A stretch of 64,000 bases of DNA, taken from NCBI GenBank assembly GCA_002269645.1, contig NIVC01002017.1, positions 1-64,000 on the forward strand, read 5' to 3'. Below the pieces are notes generated by a model. That model had not been told where the DNA came from, searched no databases, and worked only from the letters and a program-made list of their open reading frames with translations. Source of the stretch: Macrostomum lignano. Taxonomy: Eukaryota. Both the position numbers and the translations under genes were made by a program. Positions 13,216 through 25,488 of this stretch are shown here, in pieces (the stretch's first letter is position 1; each line of letters begins with the position of its first letter).

Positions 13216-13599
13216 CGTCAGGCGCATTTTCGCAATGTTCGCGGATGTACTTCTCCATTCATTTGAACAAGAGAATGTGCATGTGCAATCTACATGAAAA
13301 GCTCGTGTCTTTTAAACAAGAATAAATCAATAAGCTTGAAATAATTGAGTATGCAGAGGAATGGAGCTGCTTTAATTTGAATTTTTCCTCGAAGTCATAC
13401 ACTACAAGATTTAGAGTAGACTGGCAAATGGCTAAAGTTACATGTATAGTGTCAACTCAACAGCAGAATGACCGAAGATGCATGTACATGTACATGAATA
13501 TTAACGATTACTTTTAATCATCTACAGACTACAGGTGAAGGCACTCGACTCAGGCAAGTGAGGTATGATTTTACATGCTAAACCTGGCAGGAGACTGCG

Positions 13600-15210
13600 G
13601 ACGAGCGCAGGAACAAGCTGCTTGAGTTCTTTGCCGCCATTGTCAACGCGCCGCCACCCCCGCTGCCAGACAGTCTGACGCTGCCGCCGGAGATGCCGCT
13701 TGCCGGCAGAGAAGAGCTTCAGCCTAGCACCAGTCAGCACAGCCGCCGTTGTGAGGCTTGCCCAACAGTCACCGGGCGGGAAAGCGCTGGATCCGGACGA
13801 GGTGCCCGTCAAGGCGCTGCGCATCCACTGTGTAGCCAGTGAGGTCGCCAGAGTGATGAATCACATGCTCTTCGGTGAGAAGGAACCCAACGAATGGACC
13901 ACGGCGCACATCGTCGCAGTTCCTAAGAAGCCGGACACCACGAGGCTTGAGGAGCATCGAGGCATCTGCCTTCAGTCCTGCGCTGCGAAGTTGTTCAACC
14001 GGATGCTGGATGCTGCTATCGCGGTTGCAGCCGTGCTGGATCCGTTCCTGCGTCCTGAGCAGAACGGCTTCCATCGCGGCACAGTAACGCAGATCCTGGC
14101 TCTTCAGCGAGTCATCGAGGAAGCACGGATACGCCAGTCGATCCTGATTGTTATCTTCATAGATTTCAAGAAGGCATTCGACTTGGTCGTCAGGCTCCCA
14201 AAGGTGCTCCGTGCGTACAACGTGCAAGAGCAGCTGATTTCCGTCTTCATGGCGATGTACCGTGATACGAAAGCTGTTTCAACACCGGACGGTCTATCGG
14301 ACTTCTTTGAGACATCCTCCGGGGTGCTTCAAGGAGATACGCTTGCGCCGTTCCTGTTCGTTGTGGTGCTTGACTGGGTGCTGCGGACCGCTCTTCCTAC
14401 CAACGACGACGGCTTTCTGTTGCGGCGACACGTGGTCGACGTCAACCGGAGAGGCGGCTCAGCGTGCTTGGCTACGCCGACGACCTCGCCCTGCTGTCCT
14501 CAACTGCCGAGGGCGCCCAGCGACAACTGGACAAGCTGGTTGCTGTTGCGGCGAGTGTCGGCCTGGTGTTCAACACGCAGAAGACCTTCGTGCTCTGCGT
14601 GCCGGACGACATCGAGGCAATTTTGTGCTGAGGCGCTGATGGACAGGCGACAGAGCTTCCACGTTGTCAGCAGTTCGTCTACATGTACCTCGGCGGTCTG
14701 GTTCCTAGCGTTCGCGAGGATTTGCGGCGTCGCCGCGAGCTTGCCTGGGCTGCCTTCCGTTCTGTGAGGGCAGTCCTGCAGTCCGAGGCCTTACCTGAAC
14801 GCCAGAGGGCGGCGTTGTTCCAGGCGGTTATCGAGACCGTCCTACTGTACAACGCCGAGACCTGGACGCGCTGACGGAGTCGCTCGAGCAACAAGTTGAC
14901 GCGCCGCACGCTGGCCTACTGCGCCTTCAAGATCGGCTACGAGCGAGTGACCAACGCGGCTTTGTATCACCTGGTCCGTCCAAGCGACCTGTTGCGCCGT
15001 CGGCGACTCCAGCTGGCAGGCCACATCATCCGCGCCGAGTCGTACTGCCCAGAGCCGGTGCAGGTTCTGCTGCAGGCACCCTACGTACTATACCGGCGGG
15101 GCAGGCGCGCACTCGGCGTTTCGTCGACTGCCTGCTGGCTGACGCCGGCGCCCCGGATTCGGCCGGCGGCGTGGCGTTCATCCGCGACCTGGCCTTGAGG
15201 CGCGCCCTGT
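13600..15210 (+). mobile_element. Decayed RTE-like non-LTR retrotransposon (RT domain, 5'-truncated, multiple frameshifts)
   Basis: ORF 13700-14767 encodes IVAVPKK, RGICLQSCAAKLFNRML, LRPEQNGF, IFIDFKKAFD and GVLQGDTLAPFLF. LGYADDL lies in a shifted frame near 14467-14490. Downstream come YLGGLVP and LLYNAETW. No endonuclease domain is visible. Confidence 0.9.
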
Positions 15211-17515
15211 GACACTAAATGCGTATTGGTGATTTGTCATTTGATGGAATTTTTTACCAAGAGGACCGCTAACAGTTGATTAATTTGTATTTACAGTAGC
15301 AGCACATGAATAAAAAATTAAGCCACTGGAGTATTACATGTGCATCAAGGATTTCTTGCAACAACAGTCGACGTATACGTACATGTGCATGTGTGCTCCA
15401 GTGTCCCTGATATTTACATGTACATTTTGTCTTCATATAGCAACAGCCAAATACTTGACGACCTAATCCCTTTTGTACATGTAATAAGAAATTCGATGCA
15501 GCAAATTGATTGCAAGGGTAAACAGCTACATGCAACCATATGCATATGAGGCCCTTAATTTATTGAAGATTTTTGTTACTGAAACTGCAGGCTTTTCAAT
15601 AATCAAATTGAATCATTAGATAAATTTAAGTCATATTGAGCCATGCTTAAATGTCAAACTGAAACTAGGACCACTCAAGTAGTACTTGAGTACTTTCAAG
15701 AGTAGAAATACATGCTCCTTCATGGCAATGTACCGTGATTTCGTTAACTCCTAGATTTCGTTATTGTAAATGGGTAAGACAGTATTTATATTTCTTTATT
15801 AGGTTTCAGTTAAAAAACAGCTAAAATCAAAAAAGTTTTTAGCAAGTTTTTAGCTTTGTTTCAAATTTTAGTTTGGTATAACGCACTAAATTAGTTATAA
15901 TTATAAAAGCGCTTATATTTGTTTTTCAATGAAATGAAATTTTTTTATTTCAATTAATCTCTTTTGTCTTTGTCTAGAATTACAATATGCAGATCATTAT
16001 TCAGTGTTTTAATTTTATTTTATTTCCTCCTTGTTTTTAAATTAGTGTAAAAAATACTGCTTTGAAATATTAAGGGCTATATATTTTCTTATTTGACTAC
16101 TTCCCCTACTGGTCTAGGCTAAAATTAAATTTATTTCGAGTAAAATTTCAAAACCAATATATGCAGTATGTCCGAGCTACTTACTGTACTTCAAAAGGTA
16201 CATACTTATACTCACATTCATACATAATTAATTCAAACTAAAATGATGAAAGTTACAGAATAAATTATGATTATCTTAAATTTATTTTTAATTATTAAAG
16301 CCATGTAAAGGTCAAAGGTGCACATCATTTCGTCCGCCACCTTTTCGTTTGCTGGCAGATGAAATGACTTGTAAATAATTAATAAAGTGTAGTTACATAC
16401 AATGTAAAACTTATTTTTCATAAAGATTCATTTAGTATAAAACATGTAAATAATTATCATGAGATGTCATTTTTATGGCCTAGCCATTTGGGTAATCTTT
16501 TTATCATAATATTTCTGAGAAATATGATAGCCCATTATAATCTTAAACATTTATTAAAAAGAGAACTTTAATATTAGGTAGTCCTTATTTATTATTGTAG
16601 TTGAAATAAATACCTTATAAATATTTATCTTATCAAGGACTATTCAATATTTGTCCCTGTATCTTTTATTTTCATAATGAGTTTAAACTAGGCCCCTAAC
16701 TAAAGCTAATAGATGGAGTTTAGGCATAATTTGTGCTTATAGCTTAGAATTTTTTATTAGCTCATATTTCAATAATACAATGTATAAAGATACTTCAAAA
16801 GAAATGAATAAGAATTAATGTAACTCATTTGCCTTCAAAATAAAATGATAGATTTATGGTCAGTCAAATATAACTAGACCATAGCTATAACCTATAAGTA
16901 CTACAGTATATATTAAAACCAGTAATTATAGTACTATACATAGTAACAGTACCATACAAATAATGAGTGCTTTAATATTAATTATCCTTTAAATAGTATA
17001 TTATAAAATATGACTGTTTTTTTTAATTGGATGATTTATTATTTTATTTTGTTTTTATCCATCATCTATTGATTATTAATAGATAATTAGATATATTATT
17101 ACTTCTAATATTAGTTTTTAGCCATAGTCTAGAGCATGCTAGGTACATACCTAAACAAAAATTGAATAATTATAAATGCATACCATGCCAAAAAATGTAA
17201 ATGCATGCCTCTTAAATCTAGTCTAATATTGTGATAATAAATTAACCTTTTTGTGTTTCAACAATATAACATTTTTTGCATTGTGTAAAGGACCTTTTTT
17301 GGCTAATAATTTGGTTCATTATTCTTCTTTTTTATTAATATTATTTACAATGGAAAATTGATTTCTAAACATTTGTTTAAATGTTTTATTATAAGCTTAA
17401 AAACCAAAAAGCATAAAATTTATACCTAAAATAAACTTTTTAATTTTTCCACTTAATATAAACTCCTCCATGTAATTCTATAAAATGCATGCCAACGTGT
17501 ATGCACACTATTTTC

Positions 17516-17728
17516 CAGTGGCAGATTTAAGAGGGAGGTGCATGGGGCAAATGCCTCCTATCAAGTTAAAATTTTTGCATTTTTATATAGGCCCCTAGAA
17601 AACACATTCTTGTATTTATATACATGTATGTAAAAATATATAATATATATATATATATATATACAGTATATATGTACCTTAGTAATCTGTGCCCCCTCCC
17701 TATTCAAAGTTTTGTAGATATGTACCTA
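17516..17728. mobile_element. Degenerate hAT-type MITE, 213 bp
   Basis: Begins CAGTGGCAGATTTAAGAGGGAGG. The same 8-mer CTATTTTC flanks both sides (17508-17515, 17729-17736). The right TIR is heavily decayed. Confidence 0.5.
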
Positions 17729-18253
17729 CTATTTTCTTAGTAGTAATGCATTCCAACTGTACATGTCTAACTTTTGGTATATGTGGTCAATGTATACCCA
17801 AATCTTTGGGTATATATTACATGATCCAAAGTGTAGGTTGTCAGTTATCACTGTTATTAAAAACAATTTTGTTATTTTATTACTATCTTATTCTAAACTT
17901 ATAACACCAACATCATATTTAATATTTTGTAGTAGACAAAATGGTTATATTGTATCTTTGCAAACAAATGTTACAAATTGATCATCAAGTGCCTATTAAA
18001 AACATATAACACATTGTTTTCAAATAACTGACTTCTCATTCAAATTTTCATTGAAAAAGTTATGCATGACTACCAGTTAGAAAATTGTAAAATTTTATAG
18101 CTAATCTGAAAAAATGTATTAGATCAAATGATTCTTGAAAAAATCAATTACACATAGCCACCTATTAAAACAAAACAAAATTATTATAGATTCAATAATT
18201 ACTACTTTAATGCATGCATTGCAGTTTGTATCTAATAAATAAATTGTTTATAC

Positions 18254-18581
18254 TAAAAGTTGGCAAACTCTGGTCTATATGCCAAATCCAGCCTATAACA
18301 CCTTTAAGTTTGGCCTACAGCACTCTTACTACTACTTAATAATCTAAAAGGGTCCTATGAATCAATTTTGTATTGAACATATGAAACTTTGTAAATAAAA
18401 TTTGCTTTAGATCTGTCATTCCTATATTAGTTTTAACTGTAAGGTTGTTGCTTGTATTTGGTCTAATCATCTAAAATTTTCATTTATAGCCATAATTTGT
18501 TGTAGACTCTATGTTTTCTGGCTTGCCACTTAAGCTAGTCTTCCAATCTAGTTTATACTGAGAAAAGTTTGCTAACCCCTA
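18254..18581. mobile_element. Charlie/MER5-like hAT MITE, 328 bp
   Basis: Ends TAAAAGTTGGCAAACT and AGTTTGCTAACCCCTA (imperfect TIR). Exact 8-bp TSD GTTTATAC at 18246-18253 and 18582-18589. Confidence 0.75.
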
Positions 18582-18608
18582 GTTTATACCATTAATTAGT
18601 ATAAATAT

Positions 18609-18894
18609 CATACATGCACAATTGTCGGCCAATCCGGCTGACCGATTTGGCGGCCAACCAAGGAAGTCGCAAAAATGTCCACCCAAAAATAACCAAGTAG
18701 TAGTACTAAGTAGCTGACAAGGCATTTTGGCTTAATAAGACAGTCATAGTTACTCCTGCCGTTTACCCAAAGTTGCGTTAATTTTGCTTTAGGGTTTTTT
18801 ACATGTAAGTTGCATTTTTGGCCAAAAACTACGTTGCATTTTTGTTGAAACTCAGTCGCATGGCTGACCAAATTTTGGAGGTTGTGCATGTATG
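18609..18894. mobile_element. hAT-type MITE with CATACATGCACAA TIRs, 286 bp
   Basis: Perfect 13-bp TIR (CATACATGCACAA / TTGTGCATGTATG). Flanks ATAAATAT and ATAAATTT match 7/8, consistent with an 8-bp TSD. Confidence 0.8.
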
Positions 18895-19084
18895 ATAAAT
18901 TTCATATCACTATTATTATCAATAGGCAATCAGTTTAAAATTTATAAAATTAGGCCCTTATCCTTTTTGTGCTTCATACTTAAATTATAATTCCTCAATT
19001 TTTTATGAAATTATAGACAAATTAATAAAAAGCATAATTATAGTATATTGAATTTTTAGTATATGGAATTACTATATTATAGTT

Positions 19085-19256
19085 CATGCTTAGGCGCAAC
19101 CTTGGGATTCACTCGGCCGTTTCTTTTGGCAACACACACATGTAAGTCACTATTGGATGGAATAGTAGTCACGTGACTGCTCTCAGCCAATAGCGACTTA
19201 CATGTGCATGTTGCCAATAGAAACGGCCAGGTGATTCCCAAGGTTGCACATGCATG
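19085..19256 (+). mobile_element. Near-palindromic hAT-type MITE, copy 1 (172 bp)
   Basis: Long internal inverted arms around a central GTCACGTGAC. Exact 8-bp TSD TTATAGTT at 19077-19084 and 19257-19264. Homologous to 35407-35578 and 49163-49337. Confidence 0.9.
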
Positions 19257-20031
19257 TTATAGTTTTAACTAATAATTTAAGTTATTAATTTTATCTCTAT
19301 CCTAGCTGATAATTTTAATCTTCTCTTTTAGACTTTTTAGGCATTTTTAAAAAAGAAAGCTTAATAATTTTTAACACTTATTGCTTGACCATAGTATAAA
19401 ATATCTACATTGTGCTAAAAAAGTTTTTGCAATATTGATTAAAGAAGCTTCTAAAAATTTATGAATCAGAAAATATCAACTTATTTAGATTTGTTATAAT
19501 TTTGTTTTTAACTTTTGATTCCTAACTTAAATTTACTTTTAACAACTTAATTGCCTATGATTTTCATTTGTCTGTAACTTAATTAATAGCTTAAAGTCTT
19601 AATCAAAAGCTGTTCATAGTCTAGCAGTCAATATTCTTATGCCTAAGAATATTGACTGCATAAGAATTAAAGACATTTTTGGTAAGTAGCAAAACTAAGT
19701 TGCATTTGAAACAAAGACTATGTCATATAGCTAGTGTAATTCTAAAGATTGTACATGTATGTTCTGATAATGTTTTTTTAAACATAGATGCGTAACCTTT
19801 AAAATTATACTAGCTACATGTATATGACTAGTATTTTGATTAAAAGTACAACTTAGTTTTGTATCCTACCCAAAAAGAAAGTAAAGAATCATTAATTTGT
19901 CATCAAAGTTTGTCAAAAATTGTCAAAGCCACTAATTTTGCAACTTATCCAACCCTTGGTCTGCCACAATTTATGCAAAGCTTATGTTATATGAATTAAC
20001 AATTACTGCCAACCCTATACTAGCATTGAAA

Positions 20032-23000
20032 ATGGCATACCTAGAAGCCAATGAGGCTGATGCTGATGCTGAAAGAGTTCTTCTTCCAACTGTAGAGGAG
20101 CAGATGAATGTCCCAATTTTTGTCTGGTATGTCCTGCCACTTGGGCCAGGAAGCAGACTACTAAGTGATGTACAGATTGCCTTGCTACGCCTGGTTCAGT
20201 CAGGTGAATATGTCGTGGCTGTGCTGCCAGACAGAGTGGCAAAGATTTACCAAACTGCTGTTGCATCATTGAGATATCAGAATGCATCTTTGCAACAAGA
20301 ATTGTTTGAGTGCATGGTTATTGATGCCGCGCTTACCTGGTCCGATTTGCTGCCAGATAGCTTAGGAGAAAGGTGACAAGCTTTATTTTTCTTTTACCAA
20401 AATCAAACATTAATATGCATTCATATTTGATAATATCAACTGTTTCTGTCAATATTCTTAACTGCTTCATTTGATCATCTCACCTCTTATTTTTATAGTC
20501 CCGACTGTTTCATTTGATTATCTTTATTTCACCCCATGGCCAATAGTCTCATCTATTAGTTTAATAATCTCACCCCAGACCCCACTGTCAATGGTCTCAT
20601 CTATTAGATTGGTAATCTCATCCTATAGTCAATAGTCTCACCTATTAGATTGATAATCTCACCCCATTGTCAATAGTCTCATCTATTTAGATTGATCATC
20701 TCATCCTTTGGTCAATGGTCTCATCTATTAGATTGATAATCTCACCTCTTGGTCAATAGTCTCATCTATTAGATTAGTAATCTCACCACATTTTCAATAG
20801 TCTCATCTATTAAATTGATAATCTCACCCCATTGTCAATAGTCTCATCTATTAAATTGATAATCTCACCTCTTGGTCAATAGTCTCATCTATTAAATTGA
20901 TAATCTCACCCCATTGTCAATAGTCTCATCTATTAAATTGATAATCTCACCCCATTGTCAATAGTCTCATCTATTAAATTGATAATCTCACCCCATTGTC
21001 AATAGTCTCATCTATTAAATTGATAATCTCACCCCATTGTCAATAGTCTCATCTATTAAATTGATAATCTCACCCCATTGTCAATAGTCTCATCTATTAA
21101 ATTGATAATCTCACCCCATTGTCAATAGTCTCATCTATTAAATTGATCTCACCCCATTGTCAATAGTCTCATCTATTAAATTGATCTCACCCCATTGTCA
21201 ATAGTCTCATCTATTAAATTGATAATCTCACCCCATTGTCAATAGTCTCATCTATTAAATTGATCTCACCCCATTAATGCCAATCTCAATCAAATTGATT
21301 TCCCAGCGTGGACGAGCTGCGATCCGCAATTCACAAGCTGGTCACCCAGGCGCCGCTAAGGCTGCCCCCAGATTACGCTTCCAGCTTCCGGAACTACTCC
21401 CGGCTGCGTCACAGCTGGTCCAGCTTCCAAAGTCTCGGCCTTGAGGAGCGCCAATGGTGTCGCACTTTGGCCAGCTTTTGGCACTCAGTCAGCTGCGCTC
21501 CTCAGCTGCTTATTCTAGACAAATACTTGGACCATTGGCGCGACCATCCTGTGGCTGCGGACAGCCGGTTCAATGGCCACCACCGGCTGTTCAGTGCGGC
21601 TTTCCTGACTCACGCTGAACGCGAAAATGTGAGCATCTAGCCATTATTTCTTTTTGTTTTACCTGGCATTTATTCTCCTACCTGTGTTTTACCTGGCATT
21701 CATCCCCTGCCTGTGATTTACCTGGCATTGATCCCCCACCTGTGATTTATCTGGCATTGATCCCCACCTGTGATTTACCTGGCATTGACCCACACCTGTG
21801 ATTTACCTGGCATTGATCTCCTACCTGTGATTTACCTGGCATTGATCCACACCTGTAATTTACCTGGCATTGATCCCCACCTGTGATTTACCTGGCATTG
21901 ACCCACACCTGTGATTTACCTGGCATTGATCTCCTACCTGTGATTTACCTGGCATTGATCCCCCACCTGTGATTTATCTGGCATTGATCCCCACCTGTGA
22001 TTTACCTGGCATTGACCCACACCTGTGATTTACCTGGCATTGATCCCCACCTGTGATTTACCTGGCATTGATCCCACCTGTGATTTACCTGGCATTGATC
22101 CCACCTGTGATTTACCTGCCATTGATCCCCCACCTGTGATTTATCTGGCATTGATCCCCACCTGTGATTTACCTGGCATTGACCCACACCTGTGATTTAC
22201 CTGGCATTGATCTCCTACCTGTGATTTATCTGGCATTGATCCCCACCTGTGATTTACCTGGCATTGACCCACACCTGTGATTTACCTGGCATTGATCTCC
22301 TACCTGTGATTTACCTGGCATTGATCCACACCTGTAATTTACCTGGCATTGATCCCACCTGTGATTTACCTGGCATTGATCCTCATCTGTGATTTATCTG
22401 GCATTGATCCCCACCCGTGATTTACCTGGCATTGATCCCTACCTGTGATTTACCTGGCATATCACTCACCCGTGATTTACCTGGCATTGATCCCACCTGT
22501 TATTTACCTGGAATTGATCCCCTACCTGTGTTTTACGTGGAGTTTCCCCCACCTGTGATTTACCTGGCATTGACCCACACCTGTGATTTACCTGGCATTG
22601 ATCCCTACCTGTGATTTACCTGGCATATCACTCACCCGTGATTTACCTGGCATTGATCCCACCTGTTATTTACCTGGAATTGATCCCCTACCTGTGTTTT
22701 ACGTGGAGTTTCCCCCACCTGTGATTTACCTGGCATTGATCGCCTACCTGGGTTTTACCTGGAGTTCCCCCCACCTGTGATTTACTCGTACCTGGCATAT
22801 ATTCGCCATCTTTTACCTGGGATTTCTCCCACCTGTTTCACTCGATACTTGTCCCATTCGATTAACAGTGTCGCCTTATAAATATCTCATTCTCAATATC
22901 TTCCTAATCCCATTGGCCAACCCCATCAGCGACCGGATATCCTGCGCTACATTCTGCGCCGACTTGAAAGGCTGGAAATTGGCATCCTGATTCGCAAAGG

Positions 23001-23442
23001 CCTGCACTGTGACTTGACTTTCCTAGGCTTTTTGCTTTACTACACTCTGGTGCAGGTGCAGCACAATCAGGAGCAGCAGCAGCAGCAGCAGTCTATGGCC
23101 TATCTACCACAGTTTGTGCGCAGCGGATTGAGCAAAGCGGCCTCCGCTCTCCTCTGTCACGGCCGGCACACTGAGAGAGCAAGCCTATTGGATCAGGTAG
23201 CCCTGATACCCAGGGCCTGCGTCCTTGTCGTGGACTCGATGCCGGAATTGAATCCCACCGATAGATGTCGCTTCTTTTACTCTTTAACCGGCGCGCCCGC
23301 CATGCAGCTGCTGCACTGCCGCAATGTGGCTCCGGCCGCTGCCGCCGTCCGGGCGGAGGATCGACAACTGATGGGCACGGACGAAGCTGTACTGAGGGTC
23401 TTCGGGGTGCAGCTCGAGGCAGTGAGCCTAGTTTCTGATCTA

Positions 23443-23535
<93 letters not shown>

Positions 23536-23550
23536 GACTGTGTGCCTGCC

Positions 23551-23595
<45 letters not shown>

Positions 23596-23714
23596 GTCTG
23601 TCTGTCTGTCTGTCTATCTGACTGTGTGCCTGCCTGTCTGTATGTCTGTCTGTCTGTCTGTCTGTCTGTCTGACTGTGTGCCTGCCTGTCTGTATGTCTG
23701 TCTGTCTGTCTTAG

Positions 23715-23755
<41 letters not shown>

Positions 23756-23767
23756 TTTTGACAGAGA

Positions 23768-23799
<32 letters not shown>

Positions 23800-23800
23800 T

Positions 23801-23835
<35 letters not shown>

Positions 23836-23914
23836 TAGTGTCTGTCTGCCTGCCTGCCTGCCTGTCTGTCTGTCTGTCTGACTGTCTATCTGACTGTGTG
23901 CCTGCCTGTCTGTA

Positions 23915-23959
<45 letters not shown>

Positions 23960-23968
23960 GACTGTGCC

Positions 23969-24009
<41 letters not shown>

Positions 24010-24128
24010 GTCTGTCTGTCTGTCTGTCTATCTGACTGTGTGCCTGCCTGTCTGTATGTCTGTCTGTCTGTCTGTCTGTCTGTCTGACTGTGTGCCTGCC
24101 TGTCTGTATGTCTGTCTGTCTGTCTTAG

Positions 24129-24165
<37 letters not shown>

Positions 24166-24177
24166 TTTTGACAGAGA

Positions 24178-24209
<32 letters not shown>

Positions 24210-24210
24210 T

Positions 24211-24241
<31 letters not shown>

Positions 24242-24320
24242 TAGTGTCTGTCTGCCTGCCTGCCTGCCTGTCTGTCTGTCTGTCTGACTGTCTATCTGAC
24301 TGTGTGCCTGCCTGTCTGTA

Positions 24321-24365
<45 letters not shown>

Positions 24366-24374
24366 GACTGTGCC

Positions 24375-24410
<36 letters not shown>

Positions 24411-24432
24411 AGAATGTCTGTCTTTCTGTCTT

Positions 24433-24487
<55 letters not shown>

Positions 24488-24905
24488 GACTGTGTGCCTG
24501 CCTGTCTGTCTGTCTGTCTGTCTGACTATTTATCTATATCTATCTATCTTACAGCTAATCTACCCACCCAGTCATCCCCTTTCCCTGCCGCAGCAATCCC
24601 TGGGAGCCGTCATGGTATTCGTGGACTCCGCGATGCAGCAGAGTCTGGCCGCAGGCGATCAGTTCATCTGCTCTGTGCTTCGCAGTATTGCTGAAGTGCC
24701 GCAGCAGCGCAGCCTGATGGTGCTGTGGTGTCTGGAGGCGGCCAGCTCCGCCCAGCTGTTGGCCTGGCTGCCACGGGCCGCTCAACAGAGCATCTTCTGC
24801 TTTGGCGGCGCCGGGCGTCGAAATGGCGCTTGGCGCGTCTGGCACAGTGTCTTGAAACGGCTGGACAATTTGAAATACACGGAGGCGGTTGCTGAGTCAT
24901 GCTGA
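20032..24905 (+). CDS. Unassigned protein, join(20032..20372,21307..21628,22930..23421,24594..24905), about 488 aa
   Basis: Four open exons with GT/AG boundaries whose phases match (2,0,0) and give one continuous ORF. An alternative in-frame last acceptor exists at 24555. I recognise no domain. Confidence 0.65.
20545..21280. repeat. 41-bp minisatellite (CTCACCCCATTGTCAATAGTCTCATCTATTAAATTGATAAT) in intron 1 of the unassigned gene
   Basis: Homogeneous core with degenerate 5' edge. Confidence 0.95.
21655..22835. repeat. 27-29-bp minisatellite (TTTACCTGGCATTGATCCCCACCTGTGA) in intron 2 of the unassigned gene
   Basis: Tandem units with a duplicated variant block near 22410-22750. Confidence 0.95.
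23442..24548. repeat. (TGTC)n microsatellite with an internal duplication of about 410 bp, intron 3 of the unassigned gene
   Basis: The marker TTTTTGACAGAGAG recurs at about 23755 and 24165. TTAGTG markers recur at 23711/24125 and 23835/24241. Confidence 0.95.
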
Positions 24906-24925
24906 TGGAGCTGAGGCCGCTGGAG

Positions 24926-25135
24926 CTGACTGAGTGCAGAGTCGATAGTAACTGAGTGCAGAGTCGGTGGTGACTGAGTGCAGAGTCGTTGGTGACTGAG
25001 TGCAGAGTCGTTGGTGACTGAGTGCAGAGTCGGTGGTGACTGAGTGCAGAGTCGGTGGTGACTGAGTGCAGAGTCGGTGGTGACTGAGTGCAGAGTCGGT
25101 GGTGACTGAGTGCAGAGTCGGTGGTGACTGAGTGT
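24926..25135. repeat. 22-bp minisatellite (TGACTGAGTGCAGAGTCGGTGG) starting about 20 bp after the stop codon
   Basis: About 9 tandem copies. Confidence 0.93.
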
Positions 25136-25488
25136 CGATATCGACTAGGTGGAATTCATTTTTGTTTTGTGACTTTCTAGCAGCCATGCTAAAGCAGCAT
25201 TACATCTTCCATTTAATTATATCATTCGTTTACCGAAAAAAATTTGCTACGAGTATGTAATAGTTTTAAGTAATATCGCTGTAAGTAATTATTTCAATCG
25301 TTATTGACGATTTTTTACATAATTTGTTGTCTTCATAGCAACGCGTAACCCATATGTATATTCCATGGTTTTTTCTGCGCCAAAATCGTTTGCCATTCCA
25401 ATTTAATGCGCCATCAAATGCTTCCCCTGAACTTTTTACTAATAGCTGTGAGCTGCTGCTTTCTGTTATTTGCCATTTTTCGAATTGC

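Noticed and set aside
16233-16421. Short GC-richer patch (HLPANEKVADEMMCTFDLY) as a micro-exon
   Set aside because: No convincing splice pair or partner exons.
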